Shown here: positions 49,613-64,000 of the stretch, piece after piece | Layout: each line of letters opens with the position of its first letter | Numbering within the stretch: the stretch's first letter is position 1 | Assembly: GCF_009914755.1 (NCBI RefSeq) | Contig: NC_060932.1 | Length of the DNA: 64,000 bases | From: the human T2T-CHM13v2.0 reference genome, Homo sapiens | Reading direction: 5' to 3' (one strand) | Notes under the pieces: model-generated | The model's database searches: none | The model's input: only the letters and a program-made list of their open reading frames with translations | What the model was told of the DNA's origin: nothing | Translations under genes and position numbers: made by a program

Positions 49613-50459
49613 TAAAATTCTGTTCTGATTATTTGCTGACCTGTCAAACACCTGAGAGGTTATATTTGTTTCACAGATTGGAAAACTCAAGTTCAGAGAG
49701 GCAAAGTGAAAGGCCCAGTTTAACCTTGAGTGAGTAGGTATATTTAGATACAACCGCCACCTCCAAGTGGAAGCAAGGTGTGGGGCACCAACCCATGCAG
49801 TCTCACCTTGAGGTCTCCCTGAAGATTCCTGAACTCTGGATAAATAAGTAGAGTTTAGAGTTTCTATATCCCTGAGGAGGATGAGAATTGCCCAAAAAAA
49901 AATCTGCAGACCTCTAAACATATCAAATTAAAAGCTACCAACAGGGGCTGGGTTGAGAAGTGAAGGTGAAAAAAAATCCCAACTCAGAGTGTGTGTAAAA
50001 TATTTTCCCTGGAGGACTTAGTACAGAAATAGTTTTAATTAACTGTGCATTTCATTTAAGCTTAGCAGGCAAGTTATTGTACATTAAATAAATACCAGTT
50101 GGTTATTAAGAATGTATTTACTTCTGACTTAACAACTACAACAGGTTATAGATACAGATTTCTGTAAAAGCACAGTCTGGTACATTTGTTTGGAATAATC
50201 AATTGTTCTTTACTCAGGATATAATAATTGCCTTATTGAATCTGGAGAGGCTCTTCTCTTGGCAATTCACAGCAAAAAAAATCTCATTTAGTGATTCTGT
50301 TCTTTTCTCCCAAAGAAGAAGAAGGAGCAAGGAAGACAGAGATTTTAGAACCCAGGTCTCTGACTTAAGGGGCAAGTTGGCCCAGTGCAGATTTACCGCA
50401 GCCTCCGCATCTGGGAGATGTGGACATTGGACCAGGCAGAGAAGCCCAGGTAACTGAGT

Positions 50460-50600
50460 CTAAATAACAAACAATTGTTTAGTATAAGTATGTCCCATAC
50501 AATGTTTGGGACATACTTATAACAGTTATTCATGACCTATCTGAAATTCAAATTTTACTGAGCATCCTAGATTTTTGTTTGCTCAGTCTGTCAACCCTAT
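50460..50600. mobile_element. MER53 MITE (partial) with a perfect central hairpin
   Basis: TATAAGTATGTCCCA-9 nt-TGGGACATACTTATA; ends TCTGTCAACCCTA. Confidence 0.85.
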
Positions 50601-50852
50601 TCTTGATGAGCCACAAAGGTATTGAGTGATATGTAGAAGGGTGGTATATGGACACCACCCTCAACCCTAGCTCAGTTCTCCATCTACAAGATGCCTTGAA
50701 GTGAGTGAAATGAGCTGGACAGACACCAACTTTTATGCCCAGATGCAGGGGGAGTCCCCCAGATCCTCTAAACAGATACCCCACTCAGCAGTAGCCCTTA
50801 CCTTGTGTTCTCCTGCTCAATCTCCTCTGTGGGTCACAGATCACATGGTCAT

Positions 50853-51236
50853 TGATATGGTTTGGATGTGTTCCCACCCAAATCTCATGTTCAATTATAA
50901 TCCTCAATATTGGAGGTGGGCTTAGTGGGAGGTGATTGGATCATGTGGATGGATCCTTCGTGAATGGCTTAGCACCATCCCCTTGGTGCTGGTCTCTTGA
51001 AATCTGGTTGTTTAAAAGTGCGTAGCACCTACCCCAACTCTTCCTCCTACACTGGCCATGGAAGATATGCTTGCTTCTCCTTGCCTTCTGCCATGATTGT
51101 AAGTTTCCTGAGGCCTCCCCAGAAGCCAAGCCGAAGCCTCTATGCTTGCGTACAGCCTGCAGAACCGTGAGCTGTTCCTTATAAATTATCCAGTGTCGAG
51201 TATTTCTTTATAGCAATGCAAAAATGGACTAATACA
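50853..51236 (+). mobile_element. MST (MSTA/B) MaLR solo LTR
   Basis: TGATATGGTTTGG...GGACTAATACA; perfect 5-bp TSD GTCAT (50848-50852 / 51237-51241). Confidence 0.92.
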
Positions 51237-51347
51237 GTCATACAGTCATGAGGTTGTCCTCTGGCTAATAAATGAAGAAAGTGAGGGCCAGGAAGCCAAG
51301 CGACCTGAGAAAGATTACACAGCCAATTGCTGGAAGAGCTTGGTTTT

Positions 51348-51392
51348 ATGATCATCATTCATCATCGTCATCATCGTCATCATCATTTATGA
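51348..51392. repeat. (CAT)n imperfect trinucleotide repeat
   Basis: ATCATCATTCATCATCGTCATCATCGTCATCATCAT. Confidence 0.85.
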
Positions 51393-51717
51393 TGATCCAC
51401 TAGTACTAGTATCAGGAAGTGTTAATCTCATGTCAGGCCCTTTGCTTAGGAAACCATCACTGTAACCCTATGAGAACGATATTGTATTGTTTCTATTTTT
51501 TTAATAGCTGAAATCAAAGTCTCAACTCAGAATCCACAAATTCTCCCCATGACACCACGTTACTCTTTCCTCTTCAACTTGTTTTCTCTCTTTCTTCACT
51601 TCTTCTATCCTCATCTATAAAAAAGTCTACAGTATCCAACATCTACTAAAAGCCCAACGCTGAGCCAGGTACTCTGGTGAACTGATAAAAAAAAAATGCA
51701 AAATGAAAAAGATTTAG

Positions 51718-51930
51718 AGGCAGCATTGCAGAGTGGCTAACAGCACAGAGCATGGAGCCCAATTGCCTGGATTTTGAATCTTAACATCTGCACTCACAAA
51801 CTGGTGAACCCAGACAAATTATGTAACCTTTTGGTGCCTTCCTTTTCTAATTATAAAATGATATGATACGATAATAGTGCTTAGAGTAGTGCCTGGCACA
51901 TGGTAAGCACTGTATAAATATTTACCATGG
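51718..51930 (+). mobile_element. MIR SINE
   Basis: GAGGCAGCAT...AGTGCTTAGAGTAGTGCCTGGCACATGGTAAGCACT. Confidence 0.75.
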
Positions 51931-52679
51931 CTGCTAGCATAACAAAGTGCCTGAAATCTGAGAACTGAACAATTAGCAGAGCTCAGCAGAGGCTGCAGAG
52001 CACAGAGCTAGATCCTGCTTTGTGGCTGGTAACTGCCTTCCTTTCCTTTGCTATCTTGAAGCCATTGGGGAAATAGCCCAGGTCAGCAAAACATGCTCTC
52101 AAACACTATGTATTCAACCTCAAATCCCATGTTAACCATAACATAAGGCCAATAAACATGATAATCCAGTTCTAGGATTTTTAGAAGAGTTTCACTTTCA
52201 AATATTCTTTTACACTATGATCAGAAATCATGTCGAAGTATTCAAATTTCCATCATTTATGAACCCATAATACTTCAGCCTGTCTTCTCCGATCATAAGC
52301 AGCACATCAAACTGCTGTGAGACAGGACTCCCACTACCCAACTACCAAAAAGTTAGAAACATGATGACCACACAGGTAGCCATACTGTTATACATAGATA
52401 TATCAGATCATATTAAGACAGAAATTTACGTTAGGTCTGATATTAAATTGCAGTTACTGAAATAAATAGCCTGGTATTTATTATATCAGATATGATTCCA
52501 AAATGATTGAAAGAGAGCTTCCAAAAATACAGAAAGTACAGGATGTATATAATTGGCCATCACAAAAGTAATGTGAATTTCTAAAAATTTAATTAAAAAT
52601 AAGTGGAAGACCTTAAGACCAGTCATCAGACCTTAAGACCAAAAATTAAAGTAAAATAAAACTATTAAGTAAGTAATAA

Positions 52680-55420
52680 GCCATCAAAAGTTTCCATGAC
52701 CAGATGCCTTCAGCAGTAAATTCTACTAGTCCTTTAAGGATGAGATAATTTCCATATTATAAACATTGATCCAGAGCATCGGTAAAGATGAAAAGCTAAC
52801 TGAGTCATTTTATAAAGTTGGCATAAGTCTTGTACCAAAAATGAAAAAGATGAACAAAAATAGTAAACTGTAAACTAATTTCACTTACGAATATAGATGC
52901 TAAGTCTCTAAGGAAAATAATAGCATATGGAATTCAATAGTACATTAAAAGAATGATCAACTGTTACCAAGAATGACTCATCCTAGGAAGGACAGGACAT
53001 GATATTATTAGGAAGTCTATTAATACAAAATACCACATCAATTAGAAAAACTTAAAATAATCTCAATGGTGGCCACCAAAGTTATTCAATAACATTTTTT
53101 TGGTAAAACCATTTGGAAAAATAACAATGAAAGAGAACTTGCTAATAAAGACTATCAAGTTTAAACTACCTACCTATATTATACCTGCTCACTGTGAGCC
53201 TAACAGTTATCTACTGCCTCAATAATGCTGTGTAACAAGTCACTCCAAAGCTCAGTGGCTTAAATCAACCATAATTGGTTTAGCTTATGAGTCTGAAGGC
53301 CAGCTGAGTGGCTCTTCTAGCCTTCACTGAGCTCATGCTCATGAAGAAGGGTGACTGGTTTGGGGATTATGTCACTGGGTTTCAACTTGGTTGACTAGCA
53401 TAACTCAACTCTGCCCCAAGTATCTCATCTTCCAACAGGGTGCCACAGGCATGTCTTTCTCATGGACATAGAAGAGTACACTGGCGAGCAAGACCACTTT
53501 TAAAGCCACTCTGTGCTTTATGTTTGCTACTATCCCACTGGCCAAATGACAAGGCCAAGCTCAGAGTCAGAGCAGAAGAGCATTCCACAGTTACACAGCA
53601 AAGGGTGTAGTTCCAGGGAGGAATGGAGACTGAAGCCATTTTTCAGTCCATGACATTAGACTCAGGGCAACTGTATCAGCTCTACTGCACAATAATAGAT
53701 TTTACATTAAAATTTTATTTTTTACATAAGTAAATAGTCTATGATCAAATAAGTTTGGTAGGTGCTAGGTGTAATAATAAATAATGTTAAACAGGTTTGT
53801 TTTCAATAGGACTTCTCAAGTTTTTATGTGTCATGAAGATTTCCATGTGAAGATTATAGTCTTTCTCAAACCAGTTTGAACACAGAACCCCTTTGTTTTT
53901 TACAGAACATCTGGAAGGCTGAATGCTTATCGGACACACTTTGGGAAAAGTAAAGGATATAAATTTTTTTTGAATGGCATTCACAATAGCTGAAAAGAAA
54001 AGGAGAAAAATGCCATTATATACTCAGAATTAATCTTGATAATAAATAAGCAGGATTTACATAAGGAAAAAAACAAAACTTCATTGAGAGGTATAAAATA
54101 AAAATTTAATTAAATAGAGACACATTATCTTCCTGAAAGAAAAGAATCAATATTGTAAAGAAAACAATTCTTTCTAAATTGATTTATAGATTTAACATAA
54201 CCCCAATGAAAATCTCAATGAAATAATAATACCCAAGTTTTGGCAGTGAAAACAGACATCTTCATACACTGCTGGTGAGAGTTTACATTGGTGCAGTCTT
54301 TTAAAAAAGCAATTTGGAGCCTTAAAATTGCTCATACCTGTTGACCCAGATTTTGAAACAGACCCTAAGGAAATGATCAAATGTGAACAAAAATCTGTTT
54401 ACACAGATTTTCATTACGACACTGTTTAAAGGAGAAAAAATTGGTAATAACCTAAACATCCACCAATAGCGGCATCACTAAATGGATTTTCAGGATTTTA
54501 TTTAAGTGAGTATCATGCAATATTAAAACTCGTGATTCCAAAATTTCATCAGATATGAAAATGCTTACAAGGTAACCTGGGGAGGGAGGCAGAAGCAAGA
54601 TGTAAGTTTTATTCAATATGAACCCAACCCTGTTACCCATAGGCCCCTAGAATAAAACCATGAGGAAATAAAACAAGATATTACTATTAATATTTCTGGA
54701 TTCCATCTATTTTAATTTTTATACTCCCTGACTTATATAATAAACATGTGTTATATTTATTTTTAAAGAATTATCACAGTAAATGTTTCAAGGATGAAAA
54801 AAAATTAAATCATCTGAAAAAACAGTAAGTGGGATCAACCAAGATAATGTCAGAAAGGAAGATTGTTGGGGGGAAAGTGTTACACCAGAGGCAGAATTTA
54901 TCCTACCAAATAAAAAAGAAGGTATAAAAACACTATGGTACTCAAGAATTGATATATCAACTAGCAAAAGCCACCCCCCCAAAAGGCTGTAAGTATAAAA
55001 TATTAAAAATAATATAAGCATCATAACCTACAGGAAGCATTGAATTTTCCAATAAATGGTTTTAGAAAAATTTACCATTTGGGAGGGAAATAGATCCTCA
55101 TCATATACTCTACACAGACAAACTTTAAAGGATTTAAAGAGTTAAATTTAAAGCAATGAGACTATAAAAAATTAAGTAAAAAGTTACATGACCAATTGAA
55201 CTTAGAAAAGATAGAACTTTTTAAAGCATAATCCATAGAAAAACCATCCAGAAAAGAGTGGCAGGGGCCATGGTTTTACTATTTAAAAACTAAAAGGTTC
55301 TAAACTTCAACATAATCAAATCAAATACAAAATTTTAGGAGGCATCACGGCTTGGGGGAAATATTTGCAACAAATAGAACTTATAAAGATTCAATGAATT
55401 TTACATATGAAGGACCCTCA
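52680..55420 (+). mobile_element. Highly diverged L1M ORF2 fragments, interrupted by an antisense MLT1-like LTR (~53205-53655) and a hAT relic (~53750-53950)
   Basis: A-rich L1 ORF2-like phrases such as GAATCAATATTGTAAAG...AAATTGATTTATAGATTTAA; MLT1-like CTCCAAAGCTCAGTGGCTTAAA. Confidence 0.55.
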
Positions 55421-55589
55421 CAGATCCCTCAAACAGCCAGCTCTTCATGTGGGCAGATGTCAGCAACTCTACTGCTTTCCTGTGTGCAATCTCTCCAAGC
55501 CTCAGTTTCCTCACCTGTCAAAATGAGCATAACCACCCAAGAGAGTTGTGAGAATTACATGAGATAAATCTATAAGCTGTTTTAGGCAC

Positions 55590-56335
55590 ACACCTGGCAT
55601 TTAGTGAGTACTCAATACATGTTAACTAAAAGCACTTCTATGAATTTGATAAATGTCAATCTAGTATCCACTATGAGATGGGGACAGTGCTAGGCACTAG
55701 GGATAAACTACAACGGAGTAGGCACAGTGGGTCATAGCTGGGTAATCCACTCATTCTCATCTCCAGGGTGCATAAAAGTCTTCTAGAGGTGGTGGTTTTA
55801 AGTCAAGTCTAAAGGATAAAATGTCAGCTAGGCAAGGGGACAGAAGAGTAACTGAGGTAGAGAAGACAGCCTATGTGAATACTGGGAGATGAAATGGCAC
55901 AGAGGAGATTCTTATATCACACAAGCGTTCCTCATCGCAGTAGAGAAAGCTTAAGGTGGAGAGTTGAGAAAGAGGAAGCTAGAGGAGTTATCAGGGTCTC
56001 CAGGCGCTGGGTTAGGAAGCTTGGACTTACTTTGAGGGTGACAGGAAGCCCTTTTTAATGGTCTTAACTGTGGATGTTTTAAGGATTTTAAAAAAGGTTT
56101 TTAAGTAGGGATGTGACCTGTACTCTGAAATGAACACTCTAGTTGTAATGTGGAGAATGAATTAGAAAGAGCCAAGATCAGAGGCAGAGAGAACTCTGAG
56201 GAGCTGATGCCTAGAAAGGACGATGGTGGCTGAGCCAGGACAGGGGCCAGGAGGATGAAGCAATATAGACAGATTTGAGGGATTTTTAGGAGACAAAATG
56301 AACAGACATGGTGACTGATTGAATGCAGGAACCAA
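55590..56335 (-). mobile_element. L2 LINE fragment
   Basis: GACAGTGCTAGGCACTAGGGATA...GGACTTACTTTGAGGGTGACAGGAAGCC...GACATGGTGACTGATTGAATG. Confidence 0.7.
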
Positions 56336-58608
56336 GCGGCAGGGATTAGTTAAGGTTGACACTCAGAAATCCCAAAGCTTTCAGAACACGAGTGTAACGA
56401 CGGACAAAAATCGCAAAGGTCAGAAAGACACAGTTCAAAAAAAAACCAGAAATAGCACAGTCAAAACAGACATTAGAGAAATATTTGATATCAGTTTTAA
56501 TGAAAGATATGTAAATTTTGAAGGAATATAATTTATCATCAATCATATTGTACGTATTAAATGCACATTCAGAAATATGTAAATTACTTTTAGGCTCTGC
56601 TTTATGCTATCTGGACACACTGGTGAATGAGTGATCATTTATCAGTTTATGTTTATTCTACTGGATGGATTTAACCAATAAGTCTTTTGTTTCCTTTTAG
56701 CTTTTTTAACTGATACATTAATAATCGTACATATTTATTAGGTACATGGGATATTTTGATACCTGCATACAATATACAACAATCAAATTAGAGTAATTAG
56801 GATATCCATCACCTGAAACACTTATCATTTCTTTGTGCTGGTAATATTCCAAATCTTCTCTTCTAGCTATTTTGAAATATACAGTAAGTTATTGTTAACT
56901 ATCATCACCCCACTGTGCTAGCAAACACTACAATTTATTCCTTCTGTTTTTGTACCCATTAGCCAATACCTCTACATTCCCTCCTCCCCACTACCCTTCC
57001 CAGCCTCTGATAGCCATCATTCTACTCTTTGCCTTCATGAGATCAACTTGTTAAGCTTCTATATATGAGTGAAAACATGCAGTATTTGCCTTTCTATGCC
57101 TGGCTTATTGCATTTAACATGATACCTAACCATGTTGCTGCAAATGACGGAAGTTTCTTCGTTTTTATAGCTGAATAATATTCCATTATGTATATATACC
57201 ATATTTTATCTATTTATTTGTTGATGAATACTAACTTTGCTTCCCTATCTCACCTAATGTGAATAGTGCTGCAATAAACATAGAAGTGCAGATAATATGC
57301 TAATTTCCTTTCTTTTGGATATATGCCCCGTGGTGGGATTGCTGGATTATATGATAGGTCTATGTTTAGGTTTTTGAGACTACTCCATACTGTTTTTTAT
57401 AGTGGCTGTGCTAATTTACATTCTCAACTGTAGTGTATTAGTGTTCTCCTTTCTCCATTAGCATTTGTTATTTTTTGTCTTCTTAATAGCAATTTTAACT
57501 GGGCTAAGATGATATCTCAGTGTGGTTTTAATTTGTGCAATGTGGTTTTAATTTGCCTTTCATACGAGTGATACTGAGCATTTTTTATACACCTGTTAGT
57601 CATATATATGCTTTTTTTTGAGAAATTTCTATTTAGATCATTTGCCCATTTTCAATTGGATTATTTGGGTGTTATTTATTTGTTGTTTTGCTATTTTATT
57701 GCTTGAGTTCCTCATCTGTTCTCATTATTAATCCCTTTGCAGATGAATAGTTGGCAAATACTTTCTCCCATTTTGTAGGTTATCTTTTCACTCTGTTGAT
57801 TGTTTCCTTTGCTGTGCAGAAGCTTAGTTTACTGTAATTTCATTTATTTATTTTTATTCTTGTTGCTTGGGCTTTTGAGTTCTCACCCAAAATATCTTTG
57901 CCCAGGTCAATGTCCTAAAGCATTTCTCCAATGTTTTCTTATAGTAGTTTTAGAATTTCATGTCTTACATTTAAGTCTTTAATCTATTTCAATTTGATTT
58001 TTGTAAATGTTGAAAAACAGGGGCCTAGTTTCATTCTTCTGCATATGGATATCCAGTTTTCCCAGCACCATCTATGGAAGGGACTATCCTTTCCCCAGTG
58101 TATGTTTTTGGCACCTTTGTTGAAAATGAGCTGTCTGTACATGTGTAGATTCATTTCTAGGATATCTACTCTGTTGCATTGCTCTATATCTCCGTTTATG
58201 TGCCAGTGTCATGCTGTTTTGTTTACTAGAGTTTTGTAGTCTGGTAGTGTGATACCTCTAGCTTTGTTCTTTTTGCTCAGGATTGCTTTGGCTAGTTGAA
58301 GTCTTTTGCGCTTCCATTCAAATTTTAGGATTTTTTTTTCTATTTCCGTGAAGAATGTCTCTGGTATTTTTATAAGGTTTGGATTGAATCTGTAGATTTC
58401 GGGTAGTATGGAAATTTTAATATTAATTCTCCCAATCTGTAAGCATGGACTCTCAATTTTTTTTTACTCCTCAATTTCTCTCATCGGTGTTTTATAATCT
58501 TTATTGTAGATATCTTTCACTTCTTTGGTGAATTCCTAGTACTTTTTTTTAGCTATTATAAATAGGGTTGCTGTCTTGATTTCTTTTCTAGATTGTTCAC
58601 TGTTGTCA

Positions 58609-58980
<372 letters not shown>

Positions 58981-60791
58981 TTACTAATAAATTTATCATC
59001 TCTAACACTTTCTTGTGACATCTTTAGCTTTTTCTAAATATAGAATTATGTCATCTGTGAACAAGGATAGTTTGGCTTCTTCCATTTCAATTTGAATGCA
59101 TTTTTCTTGCTGAATTGCTCTGGCTAGAATTCCAATACTATGTTGAATAAAACTGGTGCAAGAGGGTATTCTTTTCTAGTTTCAGATATTAGAGAAAGGA
59201 CTTTTAATTTTTCCACTTTCAACATAATGTTAACTATCATCTTAGCATACACGGTCTTTATTGTTTTGAGGTATATTTCTTCTCTACCCATTTTTGAGAG
59301 TTTTTATTGTGAAGAATGCTAAATTTATTGAATTTTTTCTCAATATCTATTGAAATGATCATACAGTTCTTGTTCTTGATTCTATTAATGTGATGTGTCA
59401 TGTTTATTGACTTGAGTATATTGAATCATCCTTGCCCTGGTATAAATCCCACTTGTTCATGATAAATGACCTTTTTAAAGTGTTATTAAGCTTTGCAAGA
59501 ATTTTGTTGAGGATTTTTGCATCTATGTTCATCAAGGATATTGGCTTATAGTTTTCTTTCGCTGTGTTTTTTCTTGTCTGCTTTTGGTATCAAGGTAATA
59601 CTGGCCCCATAAAATCTGTTTGGAAGTATGTCCTCCACTTCAATTTTTTTAAAATAGTTTCTGTCAAATTGGTATTAAATCTTTTTATGTTTGGTAGAAT
59701 TTAGCAGTGAGGCCACCAGGTCCTGAGTTTTTAAATAGGAGACTTTTTATTACTGCTGCATTGATCTCTTCAAATGTTCTATTTCTTCATGGTTCAATCT
59801 TGGTAGGTTGTACGTGTCTGGAAATTTCTCCATTTCTTCTAGGTTTCCCATTTGTTGGCATATAGTTGCTCTTAATAGTCTCTAACAATCCTTTGTATTT
59901 CTGTGGTATCAGTTGTAATGTCTTCCTTTTGTCTCTGATTTTACTTGAGTCTTTTGGCTTTTTTTCTTAGTTTAGCAGAATGTCTGTTAATTTTAAGTTT
60001 TCAAATAAACAACTTTTTGTTTCATTAATTTTTTGTATTTTTTAAGTGTCAATTTTATTTATTTCTCCCCTGATCTTTATTATTTCTTTTCTTCTGCTAA
60101 TTTTGTATTTGGTTTGTTCTTGCTTTTTTAGTTTCTTGAGGTGCATTGTCAGGTTGTTTATTTAAAGTTTGCTTTTTGGACATAGGCATTTATTGCTATA
60201 AATTTCCGTCATAGAATTGCTTTTGCTGTATCCCACAGGATTTGTCTGCTCTTTTTAGGTTTCCATTTGCATGAAACACCTTTTATGATCCCTTTACTTT
60301 CAGTCTATGTGTGTCTTTATAAATGAAGTGAGTTTCTTATAGATAGCATACAGTTGGATCCTTTTTAAATTCATTCAGCCATTCAATATATTTTAATTGG
60401 AGACTTTAATCCATTTACATTCAAGAGTATTATTGATAGGTAAGGGTTTACTACTGCCATTTTCTTACTTGTTTCCTAGCTGTTTTATAGATATTTTCTT
60501 CCTTTTTCCCTCCTTACTGCCTTCCTTTGTAGTTAAGTGATATTCTCTAGTAATACCTTTTTGATTCTTTGCTATTTATTTTTGGTATATCTATTTTAGG
60601 TTTTTGCTTTGTCGTTATCATCAGGTTTACATAGAACATCCTATCATTATAACAGTTTATTTTAAATTGACAATGACTTAACTTTGATCTCAAATAAAAA
60701 TCAGTAACAAAAACAAACTCTGCACTTTAACAACCCCCCTCCAACATTTTGACTTACTAATGTTTCAATTAACACCTTTTTTGTTGCTTAT

Positions 60792-61114
<323 letters not shown>

Positions 61115-61210
61115 CTGTTGCTTATCTCTTAACCAATTGTTGTAGTTATTATTGATTTCAACAGTTTTGTCTTTTAGTCTTCCTACTTGAGATATAAGTG
61201 GCTTACCTAT

Positions 61211-61507
61211 GGCCAGTGAGGTGGCTCATGCCTGTAATCCCAGCACCTTGGGAGGCCAAGGCAGGCAGATCACCTGAGGTCAGGAGTTCAAGACCAGCCT
61301 GGACAACATGGAGAAACCCCATCTCTACTAAAACATACAAAAATTAGCTGGGCATGGCGGTATACACCTATAATCCCAACTACTCAGGAGGTTGAGGCAT
61401 GATAATCACTTGAACTTGGGAGGCAGAGGTTGCAGTGCGCCAAGATTGTGCCACTGTACTCCAGCCTGGGCACCATAGTGAGACTCTTAAAAAAAAAAAA
61501 AAAAAAA
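61211..61507 (+). mobile_element. AluS element nested in the L1
   Basis: Full dimeric Alu with a poly(A) tail. Confidence 0.92.
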
Positions 61508-63764
61508 CTCGTTTACTTACTCCAATTACAGTATTAGAATATTCCAAATTTGTCTGTTTTCTTTCTTTTATCCTTGAGTTTCATACCTTCTAATGCTTTC
61601 TTGTTACATGTTGTTATTGTTATTACACTAATTTCTTTCAGATTTAAGGACTCCCTTTAGCATTTATTTTAAGGTAGGTCTAGTGTTGATTAATTCCCTT
61701 AGCATTTTTGGGGGGTGTTCGTGGTGGGGAGTTCTGGGAAAATACCCTCTTGAAGGATAGCTTTGCTGAATACAATATTCTGGGTTGACAAATTCTATTC
61801 CCCCAACTGCCATCCCCCCTGTAAGCACTTTGCTTTCTACTGGCCTGCAGGATTTCTGCTGAGAAATCCACTAAAAGCCATATTGGCATATTGGGGAACC
61901 AATAAATGTGATATGTCTCTTTTCTCTTGCTACTTTGAGTATTCTTTGTCTTTGATTTTTGCTAATTTGATTACGATGTACTTTAGAGATTTCCTTTTTG
62001 GGTGGAATTCGACTGGTGACTTCTCAGCTTCCTGTACCTGGCTACTGTCATTTTTCTCCAGATTTGGGAGATTTCCAGCCACTGTTTTTCTTAAACATGC
62101 TTTGTAGGCCTTTTTCTCTCTTGCCTCCTTCAGGAATTTCTATTATGTGAAAGTTAGTTTGCTTGATCATGTCCCATAATTCTCATAGTCCTTCTTTACT
62201 CTTTTTCACTCATTTTTCTATTTGCTTTTCTACTTGAGTAACTTCATTTTAAGTTCTGTCTTCAAGCTTGGTAATTCTTTCCTGTATTTGATCAAGGCTG
62301 TTAAAACTTTTTAATAAATTTTGTAGTTCAGTTATTTTATTTTTTATTTATAGAATTTCTATTTGTTTTTTTCAACTTTCTATTTCTTTGACAAATTTCT
62401 CATTTTGTTCCTGGATTGATCCGTAAATTTTATTTAGTTTTCATCCATATTTTCTTGTGATTTCCTGAACTTCTTTAAGAGAATTATTCTAGAATCTCTG
62501 TTTGACATTTCATAGATCTTCAGTTCTTCTGGGTCTATTGTTAAAGCTTTGTTTGTTTCCTTTGGTAGTGTTGTATTTCCCTGAGTTTTCACAATCCTTT
62601 TGTCTTTACACTGATGCCTGTGCATTTGAGAACACAGCCACTTCTTCCAGTTTTTCAGGTGTTTTTGACGGTGTTTTACTTATACTACTTTGCACTATAA
62701 CTTAAACACTGGCCAGTAGTTTCTGGCTATTCTAGGAAGGACTATAGTCAGCACCACAACTAAAACATTGCACTGGAACTAATTCATTGCCCTGCTATTG
62801 TTTCCTGGTATGGGTAAAACTTATAGTGAGCACTGGAAGTTAAATGTTGCCCTGGACTATATTGCTCCCCTGCCATTGTTTTTCATTTGGAGAAGACTTG
62901 ATCAGGCATCAGATCCTAATCCTGACCTTTTAGTTGTTTCTGGACCAAGGCAAGGCTCCACCTAAGTATTTGGGCTTTGTGAAAAACTGAGCCAGGAATT
63001 TTAGTTTTCTCATGGACTATGTCCCCTGTAGCAATTTGATGCTGGACAGTCTCTTCTACATGGTGGCCGCACTGACTGGAATACAGAATAGCCACCAAGA
63101 TCTGCACACCAGTTTCTATAATTAGTGCTCTGCTCTTTGACCCCAATTCACTCCATATGGGTCAGCCCTTCTGACACTATCAGCAGCTCTCGCGGGATGG
63201 GACTGAAGTGAGCTTCCTGCAAAGATTCCCAGGTTTTTAGGGAGATTAAATGTCCACCGGCAATTCTCTCCTCTCACCTCAGAAACTGTTGGTTTAGGGA
63301 AATTCTCTATTAGTGGCATTATGCTGGCTTTGGGGAGAGAATGTGCAATAGTCTGAAATGACTATTTCTCTTAGCAGTTGTAGCTTCTCTTTATTCTGTG
63401 GTCCCAGTGGGTTTCTCCACTTTTCCCCCAAGTTCTGGTAAACTTATGATGCTATTCTTGTCTTTCAATATTTTCTTTGTATTTTTGTGAAGGGAGTGAT
63501 ACCAAGGAATCTTCTATTCTGCCATCTTTCTGATGCCACTCCTCCAGAATCTCTCTCAACTAACAAGTCTTGATTGACCACTCCCTATGTACAGGCACCA
63601 TGGCAAGTGCCAGAGATGCAAGTCAAATGAGTCCCTCTTCTTCTCCTCAGTAAAATACAGACACACGCATATTTTTCATGGTAGTTATTACTCTAAGCTC
63701 TGAAGATATGAGCATAAAAAAATCTATGCTTTTCCTACAACACAACAACAAAAAAACAAACCAA

Positions 63765-64000
63765 TTACATACGGACATGCAGAGTAGGATAACAGACATT
63801 GAAGACTACAAAAGGTACTAAGACTACAAAAGATAGTCCTTTGTAGTCTTCAGTGTCTATTATTCAAGGAGGGTGGAAGGGGAGTGAGGGTTAAAAAATT
63901 TCCTATTGGGTACAATTTCACTATTCAGGTGACGGGTGCACTAAGAGCTTGGAGTTTATGACACAACATTGTATGTAATAAATCTGCACTTGTACCCACC
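63765..64000 (+). mobile_element. L1MA-type 3' UTR fragment running off the window end
   Basis: GGGTTAAAAAATTTCCTATTGGGTACAAT...TTCAGGTGACGGGTGCACTAA...CTGCACTTGTACCC. Confidence 0.8.

Noticed and set aside
52608-52641. AGACCTTAAGACCA repeated twice
   Set aside because: Ordinary short slippage duplication

Overview
Repeat-dense mammalian non-coding DNA, almost certainly human because it contains an AluYb8, a human-specific subfamily. I see no host protein-coding exon, RNA gene or CpG island. Nearly all ORFs in the track come from Alu, L1, LTR or low-complexity sequence; the only real protein remnants are LINE-1 ORF1/ORF2 fragments. The window holds Alus, L1s, MIR/L2 relics, MaLR/ERVL/ERV1 solo LTRs and DNA-transposon MITEs (MER85, MADE1, MER53). 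The most notable observations are: (1) a 5'-truncated L1PA2/3-type insertion with a 312-bp 3' transduction, a second poly(A) tail and a 16-bp TSD (8376-9669); (2) a near-consensus AluYb8, possibly polymorphic, head-to-head with an older Alu inside an apparently full-length ancient L1; (3) several short templated direct or inverted duplications (21.7-24.2 kb, 37.7 kb, 63.8 kb); (4) a 74-bp quasi-palindrome; and (5) a few repeat-free blocks with enhancer-like motif clusters. I do not find support for a previously undescribed biological system. Repeat family names come from recognising consensus sequences from memory. Boundaries of old elements are approximate unless TSDs are given.
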